A stretch of DNA of 64,000 bases, taken from the NCBI RefSeq assembly GCF_036321535.1, contig NC_087437.1, positions 5,766,001-5,830,000 of the forward strand. Direction: 5' to 3'. Below the pieces are notes generated by a model. The model did no database searches. It was not told the DNA's origin and was given only the letters and a program-made list of their open reading frames with translations. Shown here piece after piece: positions 60,536-64,000 of the stretch. The DNA comes from Camelus dromedarius (lineage: Eukaryota). Each line of letters starts with the position of its first letter. Within the stretch, counting starts at the first letter, position 1. The position numbers were made by a program, and so were the translations under genes.

Positions 60536-61960
60536 AAAAAGGAGACCTAAGAATTAAAAATGTATCACTTGCAATAAATTAGAAAGTGGTAGTTAAATAT
60601 TAACCAATATGTTGAAAATGACAGAATAAAAGATTACAGTTTTGAGAAAGTGCTGTACGTTCTATTTTAACGAATAAATGGGTAGGCGCCAACATTTATC
60701 TTTGTGATTGCTTTTTACTAGTGGCAGCTTTGAGATGTAATTTATAACAACTGCAAAATTCCCGGACTTAATTAGTATTTTGTCTGCTAAAGGTAAATGT
60801 CTGTTTTTAAAGGTAAAGACAGCCCTCATTCTGAAATACAGGGAATTCATACATTTGTTTCACGCCCTTCTGAGTGGCTGATTACAAATTTAATTTCATG
60901 CCGACTTGCTTGAATAGAGAGAACACAGTCTCAGCTTTCGGGACGGGAACAGCTATATCACGGTGTATCTTAAGGACACAGTTATCGCAGCTTTCATGGC
61001 TCTTGCAGTTTATTGTTCTGAGGATCCAGTGTTTTATCTTGGCAATTGGATCACAGAAGCCTCTATGGTTCATTTTGAAACTTTGAGGGAAATGATCCCC
61101 ATATGATTTAACGTTTTAGGTCTAATTACCTTCTGCAGATTGCTTCTGGAAGTATGGGTAGTCAAAAAGTAAAAGTGGCTTTAAATTTCAGACTTAGAGA
61201 ATGGCATAAGCACTTTTTAAAATGTGGAGGTTTTATTCAAAACAGATTTCTCTCCAGCACAGGAAAGGTAGAATGAATGCCTTTGTATAATAATATTTTG
61301 CACACTGCTTTCTTTATGGCCATGAAAGGTATAGAACCCCAGCCTCCATCTCTGTTTCTTATTTATGAATATAATGACTTACTGAAAAATTATCACACAC
61401 TTCATGTACCTCCTGAAAGGCAATCACGTTTTAGGTTGAAATTGTGAAAGATGTTGTAAGACCATTTGACCAATTCTTTAAAAAAAAAATAATAAAAGTG
61501 TCTGTCCAGGGAAAGAACTTAAATACATACGTAGACGTGGAGTCAGCACCCGTGACATCGTGCACCCTCACCAATCCTGAGGCGTCCGGATTGGTGATGC
61601 AGACTGCTTTACAAATAGATGCTGCGTGACTTTCTCACTTGTTGGTGTTAATAGCCTGTGAACATTGGAAGAACTTAGGTGCCATTGTCTAGATGGCAGC
61701 CTGGTGCATGGTAGCAGGCTTCCATAAACCCACCTCCAGCACTTTAGCAGCTCCTCCAGCTGAAATCTGGGCCTCCCACCCAGACTTAATCCAAGTAAAA
61801 ATCTGAAGTATTCAGGACCATGACGAATCTAATCTGAGATTCCAAAGAGCCGGGGACTTTTGCTGGAATTCCAACATCTACTCATTTGACACACAATGTA
61901 ATGGTTCACACTTGGTTTCCAGAAATAGCCCAGACATCTTCATGAGTCCAGTTGGTTAGG

Positions 61961-62136
61961 AAGTGGCTTTCAACTTGATTGGACATTCCCATCCCTGGAG
62001 TGTTCCCTAAGCTATAAATTCCCGGCCACCACCCCCTAGAGAGCTGAGACCATGAGGCTGGGGATCTGCATTTTAACCAGGTAATCCAGGTGATTCTGAG
62101 GAAAGTGGCCTAGTGACAACCCTTTGAGAAGCACTG
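61961..62136. mobile_element. MER5A-like hAT-Charlie MITE
   Basis: aagtggctttcaactt...atctgcattttaaccagg...ccaggtgattctga...ctttgagaagcactg. Confidence 0.75.
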
Positions 62137-62157
62137 GTACAGGAGGTGCACACACAG

Positions 62158-62332
62158 CAGGACCTGCTTAGCGGGTGTGTGACCTGTGCACCTGCACAGT
62201 CTCGACACGCAGAGTGACCCTGTGCTTGGCTCACTGCTCTTCCGTGAACTTCTTGAAATTCGTAATAATTTTTGAACGAGGAGTCTGCGTTTTACTTTCC
62301 CCTGAGCCCTGCAAATGGTGCGGCCAGTTCTC
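62158..62332 (+). mobile_element. MER45A-like (hAT-Tip100) MITE
   Basis: caggacctgctt...gtgacctgtgcacctgcacag...tcttgaaattcgtaataatttttgaacgagg...gagccctgcaaat...gccagttct. Confidence 0.75.
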
Positions 62333-62577
62333 TCTGCTAGCTTTTATTGTGTATTACTGGAAATGTGTTTCTGGACGTTCATGGATTGCAATTATTCCAT
62401 AGCAATTCTTTACCTGTTTGTATTAGGCTGTAAACGCCAGGGCCACCTCTAAGCTTTGGAAGTGAGTATCATTCATTGCAGGACACACAACAGGAAATTC
62501 TAAGAGTATGATTTATTTCCCCAGGGAAGTTAAATTTTTCTTCCTAGTCCTGAGCATAGAAACCTACATCTGTGTTA

Positions 62578-62606
62578 TCCTGATGCACTATTATTTTTCC
62601 TCCTAG
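62578..62606 (+). promoter_or_regulatory. 3' splice acceptor of the PLCL2 exon (branch point, pyrimidine tract, TAG)
   Basis: ctgAt branch-like motif (A at 62583) followed by ttatttttcctcctag directly before the open frame. Confidence 0.9.
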
Positions 62607-64000
62607 GATGGTACAAAACAAAAGAGAGAGCGGAAAAAGACCGTCTCGTTCAGCAGCATGCCCACGGAGAAGAAGATCAGCAGTGCAAGTGACTGCATCA
62701 ACTCCATGGTGGAGGGCTCAGAGCTCAAAAAGCTTCGCTCCAACTCCAGAATTTACCACCGGTATTTTCTGCTGGACGCTGACATGCAGAGCCTGAGGTG
62801 GGAACCATCTAAGAAGGACTCTGAGAAAGCCAAGATTGACATTAAGTCCATCAAGGAAGTGAGAACGGGGAAAAACACGGACATATTCCGCAGCAACGGC
62901 ATTTCCGACCAGATATCTGAAGACTGCGCGTTTTCGGTCATCTACGGGGAGAATTACGAGTCGCTCGATCTGGTGGCCAACTCTGCAGATGTTGCGAACA
63001 TCTGGGTCACGGGCCTGCGGTACCTCATCTCTTACGGGAAACACACACTCGATATGTTAGAAAGTAGTCAGGACAACATGAGGACTTCTTGGGTTTCGCA
63101 GAAGTTTAGTGAGATTGATGTAGATAACCTTGGACATGTAAGCCTGTGCAGTGCTGTGCAGTGTATCAGAAACCTCAATCCTGGCTTAAAAACGAGCAAA
63201 ATTGAGCTCAAGTTCAAAGAATTGCACAAATCCAAGGACAAAGCTGGTACTGAAGTCACCCAGGAAGAATTTGTTGAGGTTTTCCATGAGCTTTGTACCC
63301 GACCTGAAATTTATTTCCTCTTAGTCCAGTTTTCAAGCAATAAAGAATTCCTTGACACCAAGGACCTTATGATGTTTCTTGAGGCAGAGCAGGGTGTGGC
63401 CCATATCAACGAGGAAATAAGCCTTGAAATTATTCACAAGTATGAGCCATCCAGAGAGGGTCAGGAAAAGGGCTGGCTTTCCATAGACGGGTTCACTAAT
63501 TACCTTATGTCACCTGACTGTTACATATTTGACCCGGAGCACAAGAAGGTCTGTCAGGATATGAAGCAGCCCTTGTCTCATTACTTTATAAACTCATCTC
63601 ACAACACGTACTTGATAGAGGACCAGTTCCGAGGTCCCTCTGACATCACAGGGTACATCCGCGCTCTTAAGATGGGCTGCCGGAGCGTCGAGCTGGATGT
63701 GTGGGACGGGCCAGATAATGAGCCTGTCATCTACACAGGCCACACCATGACCTCTCAGATCGTCTTCCGCAGCGTCATCGACATCATTAACAAGTACGCG
63801 TTCTTCGCTTCAGAATACCCTCTCATCTTGTGCTTGGAAAACCACTGTTCCATCAGACAGCAGAAGGTGATGGTTCAACACATGAAGAAGATTTTAGGCG
63901 ATAAGCTCTACACGACGTCGCCCAACGTCGAGGAGTCGTACCTGCCATCCCCAGATGTCCTGAAAGGGAAGATCCTGATTAAAGCCAAGAAGCTGTCCTC
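62607..64000 (+). CDS. PLCL2: Inactive phospholipase C-like protein 2 (PRIP-2), large internal coding exon (probably exon 2), phase 0, truncated by window end
   Basis: Manual translation from ...tcctag|GAT GGT ACA gives a stop-free frame: [91 protein letters not shown] (PH domain) ... [69 protein letters not shown]...[12 protein letters not shown]...[19 protein letters not shown] (PI-PLC X box). EPVIYTGHT matches PLCL2 as recalled, rather than PLCL1 or active PLC-delta (IYHG). Confidence 0.97.

Larger units (their letters stand above)
1..62606 (+). other. PLCL2: 3' portion of the long PLCL2 intron preceding the large coding exon
   Basis: The exon begins mid-protein after a canonical AG. No upstream coding exon is recognisable in the window, and the sequence is repeat-rich and non-coding. 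Confidence 0.85.

Noticed and set aside
238..62402. The many 60-207 aa ORFs in the supplied track
   Set aside because: No recognisable domains, often overlapping on both strands in GC-rich patches, and consistent with chance ORFs in intronic DNA. The only homologous ones are L1 ORF2 remnants.
62718..63259. Antisense ORFs over the PLCL2 exon
   Set aside because: Shadow frames of a codon-biased coding exon, with no independent evidence.
1..64000. CRISPR array, operon, prophage, or novel prokaryotic defence/RT system
   Set aside because: The sequence is mammalian intron/exon DNA, with no regularly spaced repeats, gene-dense operon or intact RT/nuclease ORF.

Overview
Eukaryotic (mammalian) genomic DNA, not a prokaryotic window. 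About 62.6 kb is the 3' part of a long intron of PLCL2 (PRIP-2, inactive phospholipase C-like 2, + strand). The large coding exon starts at 62607 and stays open to the window end (464 codons: PP1-docking KTVSF, PH domain, EF-hand region, PI-PLC X box). The supplied ORF track misses this frame because it has no stop inside the window. The intron is filled with ancient eutherian repeats (MIR, L2, L1M, MER20, MER5A, MER45A, MER33, MER94, MLT1, MLT2), about 15 younger 5'-truncated artiodactyl-type L1 3' ends, and six tRNA-Ala(AGC)-derived SINEs resembling camelid vic-1, which suggests camel/llama/alpaca. I found no previously undescribed gene system. The most unusual items are retrotransposition oddities (a retroposed polyadenylated transcript end carrying a Tigger1 fragment, an orphan poly(A) insertion, a tail-less L1 fragment, a SINE nested in an L1 tail) and an out-of-frame ATG at the exon acceptor. 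Repeat family names are recognised from memory of consensus sequences and need RepeatMasker/Dfam confirmation. Repeat boundaries are approximate unless TSDs are given.
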